Notes: generated by a model from the sequence alone, not told the origin. 62,296 nucleotides of DNA, filler included, from Sluysia triapertura (GCA_046118255.1; 5 parts of 5 records of this genome joined end to end with filler, not necessarily neighbours in it), one strand, 5' to 3'. Counted from the whole stretch's first letter, positions 37,155 through 51,228 are shown. Program-made: numbers and translations.

Positions 37155-37772
37155 GTAAAGTTTAAAATCTATAAATTTATTCGTCATTTCAAACAAATTC
37201 TATAATAAAATTTCAGTCAATAAATACAGTTAAAAAAAGAAAAATAAAACTAATCAAATATTCCATTGATAAATAAAAAATTCTGTTAACAATTTAATCA
37301 ACAAAATAGAAAAGATTCTTTATTTAATAATAATATTTTCAGTGCTATTAGCGATTTTGTTTAAAATTTAATATAATAAAACCTTTTTTCTTAATTCATA
37401 TAAATATTTAATTTATTATACAAAAAAATTAATCATTCTAAATTTAAATTAGCTGGTTTTTATAATTAAATATTAAAAAAGTAACTCGCTTATTGTCATA
37501 ATCAAAAGAAATAAAACTCTGCTTTAAATAGCCACTTCGAATAATATTATTTTCTTTTCTGGATTCAGTTGTTAATGAAAAGTTGTAAGAAAAACAAAAC
37601 ATGTAGAAGAGAAAACTATTTCTGTATTTGAAATGTTTAAATTTAAATGTACAAATAAAATAAAATTAAAATGAAAGATTCGTTTTCTTTTATTTACTTG
37701 GCCAATTTAAGATTGAATCCGGTGTGAAGGTGGTTAACCATTGATTTCTTATTTTTTTATCATATATATAAA

Positions 37773-38231
37773 ATGTTATCATTAATTTTATCATTAAATT
37801 TATTAATAACAATGAAAAAAACGTATCGATTGGATTTTGAGAACATCGAACGATATGAAAAATCAGAAATCGATTTAATAAGTGTTACTAATTTTCTTTA
37901 TTTTTCACCTATTGAAAGTTATTATCCATCACAAAAATCGATAAATTTATTAAATGATTTGATTGAATCGAATGGTACAAAAAAACAATTGAAACCGAAA
38001 AAAATTATTTTTAGAAGCTTATCATTACCCATTGAAAATCGAATAAAAACTAGTTCGAAATTAATTAAAGTCAATTCTTTATCAAAATTACAGCAGCAAA
38101 AACGATCTAAACCTTCTACAAAATCAAACTGTAGTAATAAAGAAAACATAAAAATATCTCGAAAAACACAAACCAATCATCATTGGGAACACACGAGTAA
38201 TTATTATTATACTATTTTTAATTATATTTAA
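37773..38231 (+). CDS. Hypothetical 152-aa K/S-rich protein
   Basis: Open frame long for this base composition; no recognised domain. Confidence 0.3.
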   Translation: MLSLILSLNLLITMKKTYRLDFENIERYEKSEIDLISVTNFLYFSPIESYYPSQKSINLLNDLIESNGTKKQLKPKKIIFRSLSLPIENRIKTSSKLIKVNSLSKLQQQKRSKPSTKSNCSNKENIKISRKTQTNHHWEHTSNYYYTIFNYI

Positions 38232-40827
38232 AAGAATTATTATTTTACTATTTCTTTAAAATTGATTTTGATACATTTTTAATCTTTAACATGTTTCTGT
38301 AATTTGGAAAAGATTTTTATAGAAATTATACGTACTGTACTCTTATACCAAGAGCACTGTGGTCGGCGTATTTCTTCTCACTTAAACTTTTGATAGCTTC
38401 TTTGTTCAAAAATCAGAATAACTTCTCTTTTTGTTGGTTGTAAGAGTCTTTAATCTTGAAGAAACGGTAACGTATCTTTAAATATTTCTTTATTTTGACA
38501 GCTTTAATGAAATATCTTTCGGATGGAGTTCACTGAGAAGTAATATGTTTATACTCTCAAATTACTATTTACACTCCAATAAGAATCATTATTATAACAC
38601 AAAAATATATGATGATTCATTGCTAAATATATATAGTGCTACTATTAGCATCAATATGTAGAATATTTTTGATATAAATTCGATTATAATTTATTGCTTC
38701 GATTACAACATTAATAAAGCTAGATATTTTAAATATTTCATATTTTATAAATATAAATAAAAATAGAAACTTCTAATCACGTAAAGAAGTATGATCTATA
38801 TGAAAATAATCTAAAATAACAAATCAGAATATAATGGAACAGAAGAAGCTTTAAATTTTAAAGCAACAAACAAAGACGAAATTTATTCACAATTCGAATT
38901 ATTTATTATGCCTGTAAAAAATTTAAAACTATAAAATAATTTTATGTAAACGTATATAAAATTTCTTAATTTAATGAAATATTGCCTTGCATTCTAATAC
39001 TCGTAATTTTTCTTTGGAAAAATGAAAAAAATATTAAAGGGAATGTACCACTCTTACGTAGTGATAAGAAATGGTTGCAAATTAAACTGGAACATAGAAA
39101 GTAAATGAGAAATCAATACAAAGCGTCAAAATGGATATAAATAAATAAATTATAAAATAGTTTAAAAATATTTTAATAAAGTTAAAATAATAACATAATA
39201 ATAATTATGGTAATAATAATAATAATATAATTCCGGTTACAGTAAACGACTTACAACATCGAGTGAACGTTAATTTAATTTAATAATTTTCAATGTACCT
39301 TTGATATAATATTAGTGATGAGTTTATTCACTTATATAATTGTTTTGGTGTATAAAACTATCATTATTCCATATTTAAGGGTCTGAATTTCATTATTCTT
39401 TTTATAATTTATCCTTTTTTTATAATTATTCTCAATGAAATAAAAAATCTCACAAATTTAAAACTTAAAAAAACTAAAGATACAAATAGTTTTCGTTTTT
39501 GATAGAAATTTGTCCTCAAAATAGACTTTTAATCAAAATATATTTTATCTATTTTTTGTGTTGAGTAGAGTTTATTTGTGTTGTTCTATTTATACTGAGT
39601 TTGAAATGTAAACAATTACAAATATAATAATAATAATAATCACAATAATAAAATAATAATAATAATGCACATAATTCTTATAAGTCTTAAAAATTTTTAT
39701 TTTATTCTATTATTCTATTATTATTGTATTAATAATCAATTTTTGACATGTTTTTATGTTCTATTCAATAATGTAAATAAAATATTCGAATATGTAAGTA
39801 TAAGAAAAAAGAGAATAATTTTAAAAAATTGAAAAATTGCTTTAANNNNNNNNNNNNNNNNNNNNNNNNNNNNNNNNNNNNNNNNNNNNTTAATTAATTA
39901 ANNNNNNNNNNNNNNNNNNNNNNNNNNNNNNNNNNNNNNNNNNNNCCTCCATTTTATTTTTAAGTTAGAAAATCCAACGGTTGGCCATTAGGTTTGTAAG
40001 TCCAATACGTTGGTGGACTCACATAAATTTTAAGTTAAATTAATTTATTCTATACATTTTCTTGCAGTTCATTCAATAAGTTTATTGTTGAATTCTCTTT
40101 TTACGTTTGACTTAACAATTAAATTAAATATAATTCAAAGTTTTATTTTGAGAAACCTAATAAGAGAATTGTTACAAATCTTCAATGATTGTTGCAAGTC
40201 TTCAATAACTTCAGTAGAAACCTATTAATAATTGTGGTAATAAAGTGAAATTTGTTGGTCCTTATATACTATTTATATCAATAATTACAATATTAATTTA
40301 CAATACTATAAATTTAGTTCCATAATAATTATTCCAATATTAATAAATTCTATATTTAATATTTATTTCAGTAATTCCAATTTTAATATACTGTGAATTT
40401 CAATATTAATAATTTCTACAGTTATTTTATAATAACTATAATTTTTAAATAATTATTATTTAATAAGGATTTAATTTAACAAATTTATAAGTAATTATTA
40501 ATTTAATATAATAATTTATATAATAGTTTATAATTATTTATAAGTACATTTTTTTAATTTAAATTTTTATTTTATAACAATAGTAATAGTTGTTATTATA
40601 ATAATAGTTGTCATAATAATAATAATAATAATTCAAAAATTTTTTCATAATCATAATACTAAACTGTGAGTAATAATAATTAATAATAAAAAGACAATAA
40701 TTAATAATAAAATAAAATAATAATAACAATAATTTTCTACTCTAATAATGATAATAATTTTAATAATATAATAAATATAATATTAATATATATAATAACA
40801 GTTATAATACTAATTTTAAATAGGATA

Positions 40828-42036
40828 TATAGCCTAGAATTTTGAGTAAAATAGAATAATTTGTACTCAGTTAATATAGAGGATACACGCATACTCATTC
40901 ACTGTTAAAGAAGATAAATAAGTATTCATCATCCAATCAAAAGAGTCATGAAACCTTACATCTTTAGTATAAAACTAAGCGCTTATGCATATAAAGAACA
41001 ACAAAAAATTTTATTTTGAATTTTTTATGCAATTATAATTTATTAGTTTAAGAAACGATATATTTTAATAAAGAAATGTTATTAATTCGTCTTTACTTTG
41101 ATATAGTCATTACATGTACTCACAGTTGAGAAAAAAATTATTTTCCACAAGATACTTTTCTTTAAAGACGTTAGTTTTATTAATTTAAGTTGCAACAGTT
41201 TAAAATCTTACTAAAATTATAATTATGTTTTCCCGGAGGTTTAAAAGCATCGTCAAATCATAACTAAAACCCATTGAAATGTTTATTTTAAATTTTTAAA
41301 ATCTTGTAAATTTATAGATATAATTGTTGTTAAGTAAGTATTGAGTTACAATACATAGATTGATTTCGAAAATAATGAAACTCAAAAATTTACCGAGTTG
41401 CCCCAAATATTAAAACTACGTGCACCGCTTATGTAAATCCTATGTAATTGCATTTAAAATACAAGGAATTAAATTGTGTAGTTTCAATCGTGCAAAATAA
41501 GTCATATTTGTAATTTTTTTCGTCGATTTAAGTACAATGATAAAATTATATTTTTCGTCCTAGTTTAAAAACGTACTTAAATATATTATTTAAAATTAAA
41601 CTAGCTGAAACTAGAAAATTAATGTTAAAGAGTTAATAAAAACTTAACCAGAATTCACAAAATAAATTAACAAAGTTTGTAAGGTTGTCGCCTTTCGAGC
41701 GTTTGATTTTACTTGACTGAAAGAACTACACACTCTTCAGGAAAGTATAAGATTGCACACGTAATTATTCGATATCTCTTGACTATTTTATATTTAAATC
41801 ATTAACTGTGTAAGACTCGGATCAGAGGTTAACTCTTAAATAATTAAAAACAATTACAATTGCAGGCTTTCATTAAGAAAACACATCATAATTCTTTAAT
41901 ATTAAATACACTTATTTCTTATTCTTAAATGTAGCTCCTCACTCTGGGCACTCTCTTTTCAATGAATGAGTAGGTGCTTACTCTCTATAATAACTGATTA
42001 AAAAGTACTCTATTTTACTCAAAATTCTAGGCTATA
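40828..42036. mobile_element. 1.2-kb segment bounded by inverted repeats (28 bp perfect, ~85 bp imperfect)
   Basis: tatagcctagaattttgagtaaaataga at 40828 and its reverse complement ending at 42036; AAT/ATT tracts outside both ends. Confidence 0.7.
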
Positions 42037-42049
42037 AGGCAAATTTAAA

Positions 42050-42105
<56 letters not shown>

Positions 42106-42539
42106 TTTAATAAAGAAATACTATTATTAATTATTATTTTTTATTATTGTTGTTATATTTATATTTATATTTTTTTATTGTATTATTACAATTATTATCA
42201 CTTTTATAGTACAAAATTATTGTATTGTATTTGAGGGATGTTTCATTAGTTTTTTCGATTTGTAAAAGTTCTTACTGCTCATAAACTTTAATTTATTTAT
42301 TAATTTCGATTTTAATTTTTATTTTATTTCCTTTTAGTTTTATGAAGAGATATGAAACCGACTTAAAGCCTGAGGAGACTAGATTAAACTCTATTTATAA
42401 ATAACAAAAAACGGAAGTTCAATTATAACACGAAAATCACTTAAATATAACAAATATATTTTCTAATTGTCTGAAAATGCTTGCATTAAAACTTATTTTG
42501 ATATACGAATATATTCATTTTTAAATAAATAAACGATTT

Positions 42540-43426
42540 CTTGAAAATTAATTAAATTTGGACTGCAGAATTTAGTAATCGTTAATTTTTAGTACCTTGA
42601 TCAACAGAATTTTCAAAGGCTTTTAAAATAAATAGCATAATAAGAACAGTTGATTAGGTGACGTCTGCACAATAACACATTTAAGATTCCAATAATTTAA
42701 ATTAAACATTTTATATAATTCCTGTAAAATCAAATTTAATTGTTATACTTCAAAGACTAGAATTTTTAACAATAACATTATAATGTTATGACTATTACAT
42801 TCACTCAATTTATATATTAAATAATTAGCGGAAGTTTCGTTAAATATACATTAGCTTATGCCTTGATGAGCACTTTTGTCAGAACATTAATAACATTAGG
42901 ATTTAATATTCTAAAACTATTTGTAAGTTCGTCAGTTTCTATTGGATTATCAATATCTTTTATTTCAAAACTAAAAATAACGCTTGCATCATCAAATTCA
43001 CTATAATAATTTGGTAGTAGAAATAATTTAACTAATGAACCATTGCACAAATTCGTGTATATCTTCAAATACTTCGCGAACACGGATAATCAGGAATAAA
43101 TTAAATTTAGTTAAAAATAAAGCAATAATATTAGGTACAAATTGATAATACATACCTTTATCATTTACTCTCAAACTGATCATTTTATTACAAGTTTCTT
43201 GTAAAAGTACAACTTCTAATATATCAATTGCAATTTACATTAAATCATATATAAATGGTGGATATGGTTCGAAACGGAAATAATCAAATGAATAGCATTG
43301 AAAATTAACACCAAATATTGCAAGTAATGATAAAATAAATTTAACTGAATTTGTTACGATTTCATTCATATTTTTACGAATATTCAAATTATTTGATATG
43401 ATTAGTGTTACTTTCGTATTGGTCAT
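42540..43426 (-). pseudogene. Decayed intronless ORF of unknown function (~300 codons)
   Basis: ORF 43235..43426 continues in frame past one TAA for ~68 codons, then shifts into ORF 42856..43083 and further open stretches. Confidence 0.45.
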
Positions 43427-44451
43427 AAGGTACCAGTGATATTACAGCAAGGAGTGGAGTATATTCAAAATCTTTTTGTGATTGCTTATTTCTCTCTACA
43501 TTTATTGATTTAAAAAATAACGGTAATTTAATAAAATGATAATATAATAATGATAATATAATAATTACAATAATTATTATAAAATGGTGATAATAATTAC
43601 TAATAATAATAATTAATAATTAATTACAAATGTAAGTAATTGCAATAATAAAAATTAAAAAAATAACCCAACACTTTAAAACGTCCAAAACAAATGCAAT
43701 AATATGAAAAAACCTGGTAAATTTATGAATTTAGTCTGAGTAATAAATTAAAAGTAAATTGTTTTGTCAATACTTGTAGTTCAATATTATCAATTTAAAC
43801 AAATACTCCGACAAATTTCATTTTCGAAAATTTTCAAAAGCGAAAGATATTCAAACTTTATTAAAATTTTGGAAATATCACTAGATAATATCTAAATAAT
43901 AAGCAAATAGTTTCACATAAAAATCATTTATTTAATACATCTATAAATTATATATATAGTAATGTAGTAAACTCTACATTTTCACATCAAAATCACTAAC
44001 ACATTTCTCACATAAATAAAACATTAAATAAATTACTCGAGTCATTCAAAACATAAACATAATCATTGTATATAATTATCATTAGTTATACTTATTGTTA
44101 ACATAACTTCTATCACAATAATAACTCTAGTCATAAGTTCATATCATCGTAACTCCATCAACATTATCTCATTAAACTACGTAATAAATAAATTAAAATG
44201 TCATTCTCATAATTGTTATCATTATAATTTTATTATTGTCAAAATTTACGTTATCTTACCTTTTCGCATTCTTCTTGTTTGTATGCATGTGTATATGTAA
44301 GTATGTATGTTTGCACTTTTGTATGTGTGCTTATTCTTTTTCACTCTTCGTTTTACATTTATTATTTTCTTGACTTGCAAATTAAGATGTACTTTTAAAA
44401 CTCAAATTTATCATGAAATATTGTATGCAATTGCAAATTTGATAAATTTAG

Positions 44452-45058
44452 GTGGAATGAAGTTTATTTTTACAACCATACGAAGTGTACATATTACTGA
44501 TATTTTTGTTGGAGTATTACACTAATATTTTATCATATGTATTTAATATTTGATTCAAAATTCGAATATCAAACAACACATTAATAAATAAATAAATTTT
44601 AGTTTATTTATATCAGCATTGCACATCCATTATGATTTTTATATGATTTTAATTATTATCAGCTCCGTATTCTTGTTAATCGCTCAAATTAGATTTTATA
44701 TCGATATTATTCAAACAACTGCTAAAGACTGGCTAACTCAATTTCCTTATTTTGAATTATCTTACTATGGCCATAGTAATATTTTACTTTAGTGAATTAT
44801 TATTAGTGAAATATTATTGAAGAAAATGAAATAATTTTTAAGTTAAATTTGACACTGGGTTAAAAAGTAGGTGGAACTTTATCCTATTAATGTATGGTTA
44901 TCAGTTTTCACCACAAAGAACATTTGTTAATATACATTCTTATAAAATTGATGCATCCTTTGGTTAAGTTGAAAGTACATCATCATGTACTTTACCTCAA
45001 AGTAAATTGTATCACAGTTATGAAAATGAATCAAATGATTCAAACGAAAAACTATAAA
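44452..45058 (+). pseudogene. TMEM181: TMEM181-like C-terminal half, intron-containing, disrupted
   Basis: GMKFIFTTIRSV; VFLLIAQIRFYIDIIQ...LSYYGH; WNFILLMYGYQFSPQ...KIDASF...YENESNDS vs recalled TMEM181 GMKVFFMVVAAV; IAILYLRFGAQVLQ...LSFYGLLNFYLYTLAFVYSPS...KDNPAF...YKEESDSD; stops and frame slips present. Confidence 0.55.
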
Positions 45059-45117
45059 AAGGTATTACTCTCTTTCTGTGTTTCATGCTTAATTTATATA
45101 ATTTATTTGTATTAGAA

Positions 45118-45915
45118 TGTATTGTACTGCTTGCTTTAAATATATTGATTATATTTGACAATATAAACAAGTACTATTTATCATGTATTTGAAATTTTAT
45201 AATGGTATTCACTAATTACAATAAAATAAATTTAAAATTTAAGATTTCAATGTTCCAATAGATGTAATTATTTTGTAAAATTTATTTTACTATCGGTACC
45301 TGAAATTATAAAAATAAATATATATAAAATTAATATTAATTTATATCCTGGTTACAAAATTTTCAAGTTATCTCAATGTCTATAACAAGTATTTATTATA
45401 ATGCTTCTATTAGAATTTACTGTAATATTTTTGCTATAATTTATGCACATTTTATCATTTATAAATGGTATATTCATTAACTTTATTAACTTACATCGTA
45501 TCCTAACTGAAGTATCAATTTACCTAAGTATAATTCATATGCAATTTGTAGTTATTGACATTGGTATTTTCGCAAATGTTGTTACTATTATCATACCATA
45601 TAAAATAAGTTTAGAGCGTGAAATACGATTAGACATGTTATTTTAAGAACTCATTAAATTTATTGGTTTCGTTTGATTTAATCTTGCATATTGATGTTAA
45701 GATTATATTATGTTCAGCAATATTTTAATGAAAATATTAATTTTGTTTTAGCTCAAAAGACTCCACTTTTTATTTATGATGTCTTAATCATGCAGAGTTT
45801 CAAAGTTTTTATGCAAGTATCAGTTCAAATCCTTTGATATGCAAGGAATCGAATTCTGATCATTCTTGTTCAATAATGAATTATGCTAAAGTAGGCAGAC
45901 TAATTATCAAACTGA
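45118..45915 (+). pseudogene. Possible ARV1-like N-terminal fragment, intron-containing, ending just before the Gypsy LTR
   Basis: MYCTAC...YK; FKLSQC; HAEF...LICK...H-LFN...GRLII parallel the ARV1 zinc-binding N-terminus as recalled. Confidence 0.33.
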
Positions 45916-45957
45916 TCAAGCTTCTATTAGAAATTTTAAATGAACTTTACGTCATAA

Positions 45958-48900
45958 TGTGGTGGCCAGCACCATTTCATAGGATTTTAATATTCCATAA
46001 CACACTAATTTTGACATCTAAACAACATTCAAATCACTAATCACATCAAAAAGTTTCATAAGTTATATTTTTAAAATCCAAAAATAGAATAAAATGAAAT
46101 TTTCATTAAACATATAAATTAATTAACACCTTCTTTTATAACTCTTTTTAGTCATTTTTATTTCTCCTTAACCTCTTATCTAACTGTCTTTCTCTAACAA
46201 TAATTTGGCTTATATTGACGGAGTTCCATCTAGCAAAAAACACGAAGATCTTGTCATAGTATCAATCCATCTACAGATCCATCAGTAAGCAATAGTGATT
46301 TGCTATTCTACCAAATCTGAGATGTTAACTACATTGGCACCAAATTATGTCAATAAACTATCTTCGACTGTATTAAATACACCACCACAATTTCCACAAT
46401 CTTTTCTACAACATTGATTATATTTGATTACATCAACTCAATCACCAACAGAACAATTGCACATTGCAGATATAATAACTCTCCAACAATTATTACATCA
46501 TCCGAATAAACGCAACTTATCTACAAACATTAGACAGCCTCTAATTTATTTCACAACAATAATAGGTTTAACAAAACAAAATCAGTAACAGTACATGCAG
46601 CACAATTACCAACACATCAATCGTTACAACAATCGCTTAAATATAATGAAGATGAATTTCCAGAATTAAATTATGAAATTAATAACAAAAATTCCGAAAA
46701 TTCAGTTAAGATATTAGAAAATTAAATTTCAGTTTGTATCTGTGTATAAATGTTAACTACTAACGCATGATTTTTTTCGACCCATATCCGATTTAACTCG
46801 TGCTTATGCATTAAGTGGTTAACATTATTGTGACTGTTATTGTGAAGATATGTTGAATTTGAGTTATTATGCCGTGTACATATTGTTTCTGTTTTACGTT
46901 TGATATTTGTTGATTTGATGTTTTGTGATGAATTGTGTTGATGTCTGTCTATGATTGTATTTCGGTTTTGAGTTCACCATATATTATTTAATATTAGTTT
47001 CAGTATATTGTGAGAATTTTAAAAGATAAAATAGAATAAAATGAGATTTTAACGTGAGTCCACCAACGTATAAGGCTTACCAGTTCGGGCTAGCCGTTGG
47101 ATTTGTAGATAAAAGATTTTAAAGTAAATGGTAGAAAAAATTGTCTAAAAGTAGTCTTTCTAGGGTATTCTTTGCCTAATAACTTGACTATTAATTTCAA
47201 TTTTAATTTTGGAGGTATTTCAAAACTGTTAATGATAATAAATTTATAATCTATTGTTAACTGAAAAAAAAATTAGTTTATGAAGTATTTTACTATGATC
47301 CTATGAAAGGATCTATAAAAATGTTTTTTCGAGATTAGATTTAAAATCTAATCGTTGAAAACTTATTCTTCTATAGATTTTATATTTGAAACTATGAAAT
47401 TTTAAGAACAATAAGCGATTACTTAAAATTTTATTAAATACAAAATAGTAATGGAATTTACAATAGAATAAAATTATATGAAATTAATTCCTGAGTCAAT
47501 AATATTTTAATTGAGATTTTAAATAAGATCTATTATAAGATTTGTTAAAGAAAATGATTTTTAGTATATTTTGTGTGGATATATTTACGTATATCCTACC
47601 TTAAGATAAATAAACTAACGTAATTATTTTTTTTGAATTCGATAAACAGTTCCAAAAGTTTTGCCAAAGTCACGTTGAAGTTCAAAACAAAGTTTTGTCT
47701 CAAAACAAAGTTGTGGTTATAAAATTGAATTACCAAATTGTGTAATACAAATTGTGGAACTGTCTAGCAAATTCCATGACTATTATTTATAAACTAAAAA
47801 AAATTATTTTATCTAATATATTAAAACAGTTAAAATTAACTTTATTTTAAAAAATTTTTTTATTTAATATATCAAAATAATGTATCAAATTATGTGTATT
47901 AAAATTATGTGTATCAAATTTATGTATAAATTTATATTATATTATTTAAGGACATAATAACACATATGGACATAAATAACACAAAAATTATTGATTTTAT
48001 CTGGAATTTCAAATTTATGTGATTTTATATTATTTGTAGAATTAATTATTATGTAAGTAATTTTGAATTTAAATTATTAAATTATTTGGTAAATAAAATA
48101 ATTTTAATATAATTGTTAATTTTGAATAAAATAAAACTAGCGAATTTTATTTTGTTTAATTGAAATATAAATTTTGTTTTAAACATATATCAAGGTCAAA
48201 CGAATTTGACTATAAAAGATGGTAGTTTTACACAATTTCATCAGAAATACACCACAGACACGTTCCTTCCTTAAAACAGCTAACGGAACAACTGCTACTT
48301 GCTACGGCTTCAGAAAATTACAATTCAAATTGCCATACTATAATAAAATCTTCGAACGGAATTTTCTAATTGCCGCAGTCCAGCAACCGATAATAGAAGC
48401 CGACCTTCTTACTTATTATAAACTCCTAGTCGATAGCCAAAACAAAACTTTAACAAAGTCCTTCGAACAACTCAATAACAATAAATTAAAACTTGAGGAT
48501 CTCAATATTACCCAATATTTACAAATACACCCGAACCTACTACTCGAAAAATTCAATCCAGAATACGTTTATAAACCAGAACACTTTATAAAAACAATAT
48601 TTGCATCACCGTGCAGACAACGATGACGAGAACTTGCACAAAAAATACGTTCTCAGGCAGAGACAGAATTCCTTGAAATGGAAAAACAAGGAATTGTGCG
48701 ACGCTCTTCTTCTTCATGGGACGCACCTCTGCAAATTGTCAAAAAGAAAGATGAAACAATAAAGATATGTATTGACTACAGAATGCTTAATAAAGTCACT
48801 CTTCCAGACGCATATCTTATGCCACTAATAAGAGGCATCTTTCACAGATTTACTGGTTGCACAATCTTCTCTTCAGTAGACCAAGGCGTATCATCAAATC

Positions 48901-51128
48901 CCAGTACACACTGAGAATATACCAAAAACAGTCTTAACAACTCCTTTCGGTCTGTTTGAATATCTACACATACCTTTCAGTCTACGAAATGCAGCACAAA
49001 CTTTCTAGCGTCACCTCGATCAAGTTCTTCAAGGCTTAACTTTCACTACAGCCTATGTCGATGACATCATAATTGCTTCCAGAGATTTCACACAACATCA
49101 GACACATCTGGAACACGTATTCCAAAGACTTTCCGACAATAATCTCATAATTAAAATAAACAAATGTCAAATTTTCAATTTTTCATAGGTCATAACATCT
49201 CTGTTGATGGGATAAAACCACGCCGAACCCATACAACAGCAATAAAAGACTTCCCACAACCTAAAACAGTTACACAAATGAGAAGTTTCTTAGGCCCAGT
49301 TAATTATTGACGACGCTTTATTCCGAAACTCTCAGAAATCATATCACCTTTAACAGTTTTATCATCGGGAAAGAAGAACAAACAAATCAATTGGAATACA
49401 AAATCTCTGGATTCTTTTGAACAAACAAAACAAGAAATTATGAAAATGGAAAGTTTAACATTTCTACAACATTTACCGTTCACCTTAACAATAGGTGCGG
49501 TACTAACACAAAATCAACCAGACTCATCGAATTTTATTCTCATAAACTATCTGCACAACAAACTCGATATTCGGAATTCGACCATGAATTGCTCGCAATT
49601 TATCTTTCCGTCAAAAACTTTGAGTATTTATTACTCCCAACGCAATTCACACTTAGAACTGACCACAAACAGTTGTTACACATTTTCAAATGAAAAACCC
49701 TACTCCAAGACAACAACGGCATATTAACCACTTGTCCCAATTTAACTTCAATATAGAATTCATTCCTAGACAAGAAAATGTGGTCGCCGATGCATTTTCA
49801 CGTGTAGGTTTAAACAGCATCGAATTCCAGTCAATATTCACTGTCGAAGAATTACAAAACAATCCACCACCTAGTATATAAATCTCCAACTTTTCAACAA
49901 AACCATCATTACAAAATATAATTTTCTACGACTACTATTTATCAAGTACTTCTCGACCAGTGCTAGGACAACAGCTCCAAATCAAAGCTTTTGAACATAA
50001 CCACAAATGACACATGCAGGAGCCAAGGCCACATACAAATTACTACTTTGAAAAGGAGCATGGCCTTCAATGCGCCAAGACATCATACATCAATTGTGAA
50101 AATTCACAAAAACATAAAACCACAAACGCTTCACGTTCCCACAGGCCAACTCTTCGATATAAACATATAAACATAGTCGGTCCACTACCACAATCCCGTG
50201 GTTACACTTACATTTTAACTATACTTGACCGACACAGCCGATGTTCTGAAGCGTTTCCAATTAGATCAATTACGACACCATATCCAGAATTTTAATAAAA
50301 AACTGCATTTCACGCTCCGGTGTACCAAAAAGAATTATCACAGATCAAGGAGCTCAATTCGAGTCTAGCCTTTTCAATAATCTACTTAAACAACTAGATA
50401 GTGCTAGACTACGAACAACTTCATACCATCCACAGTCTAATGGTATAGTAGAGAGATTCCATAGAACTCTCAAAAACTCTTTGCGCGCACTATCAATAAA
50501 TCACAACTTGGTCGATGCGTTACCTTTAATCTTATTAGGCTGGCGTAATATCCTCATTCTTCAACAGGATATTCTCCAGCTCAAATCTTATTAGGAACTA
50601 ACAGTAGATTACCCTTTGAATTATTCGAAAACGAAAACCCCAAGAGAAAAACCTCTTTTGCGACAATATTTTAATGAATTAAATAAAACCAAACTTCATA
50701 ATGAGACTCCTCACATCTACATTCCTAAAAACATCACAGATAGTAAATCAGAAAATCCAAAATCTCTTCAACCAAGATACAGCGATCCCTATAAATTCAT
50801 CCAGTTCAATTCAAATAACAATACAGCTTCCATCGACATTAACGGAAAACCTAAAACAGTTAACTGGTGTAAACTTAAACCAGCCACAATCCTAGTTGAA
50901 GAAGATTCACAAACTACACCAATGAATAAATTGTTAACCTTTAATAACAGAGCTACTTTACTAAATGAACAGGATTTACACAAAATTGAATTAAACCTAT
51001 CAATTTCATCTTAATTTTAAACATTTGTTGCTCCGCGTCTTCGAAGGGGGCTGATGTGGTGGCCAAGCTATTACTTTTAACAAATTTCATTAAAAAATTT
51101 TCTTTTTAACATTACAAAACAACATTCA
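45958..51128 (+). mobile_element. Decayed Ty3/Gypsy LTR retrotransposon with a nested insertion at ~46730-48200
   Basis: LTR starts TGTGGTGGCCA at 45958 and 51055; PPT gaagggggctga 51043-51054; gag-like 46205-46725; RT WDAPLQIVKKKD..CIDYRMLN and YVDD (49054-49065); RNase H TDHK and NVVADAFSR; integrase IVGPLP, TDQGAQFES, YHPQSNGIVERFHRTLK; many frameshifts. Confidence 0.95.
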
Positions 51129-51228
51129 NNNNNNNNNNNNNNNNNNNNNNNNNNNNNNNNNNNNNNNNNNNNTTAATTAATTAANNNNNNNNNNNNNNNN
51201 NNNNNNNNNNNNNNNNNNNNNNNNNNNN

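Noticed and set aside
28896-43426. Stop-codon reassignment suggested by in-frame TAA/TGA with downstream continuation (30563, 43235, 20390, LINE H*LP)
   Set aside because: The same loci or their neighbours also carry frameshifts and deletions; another LINE copy has TGG at the same site; the PKA and TMC exons contain no in-frame stops.
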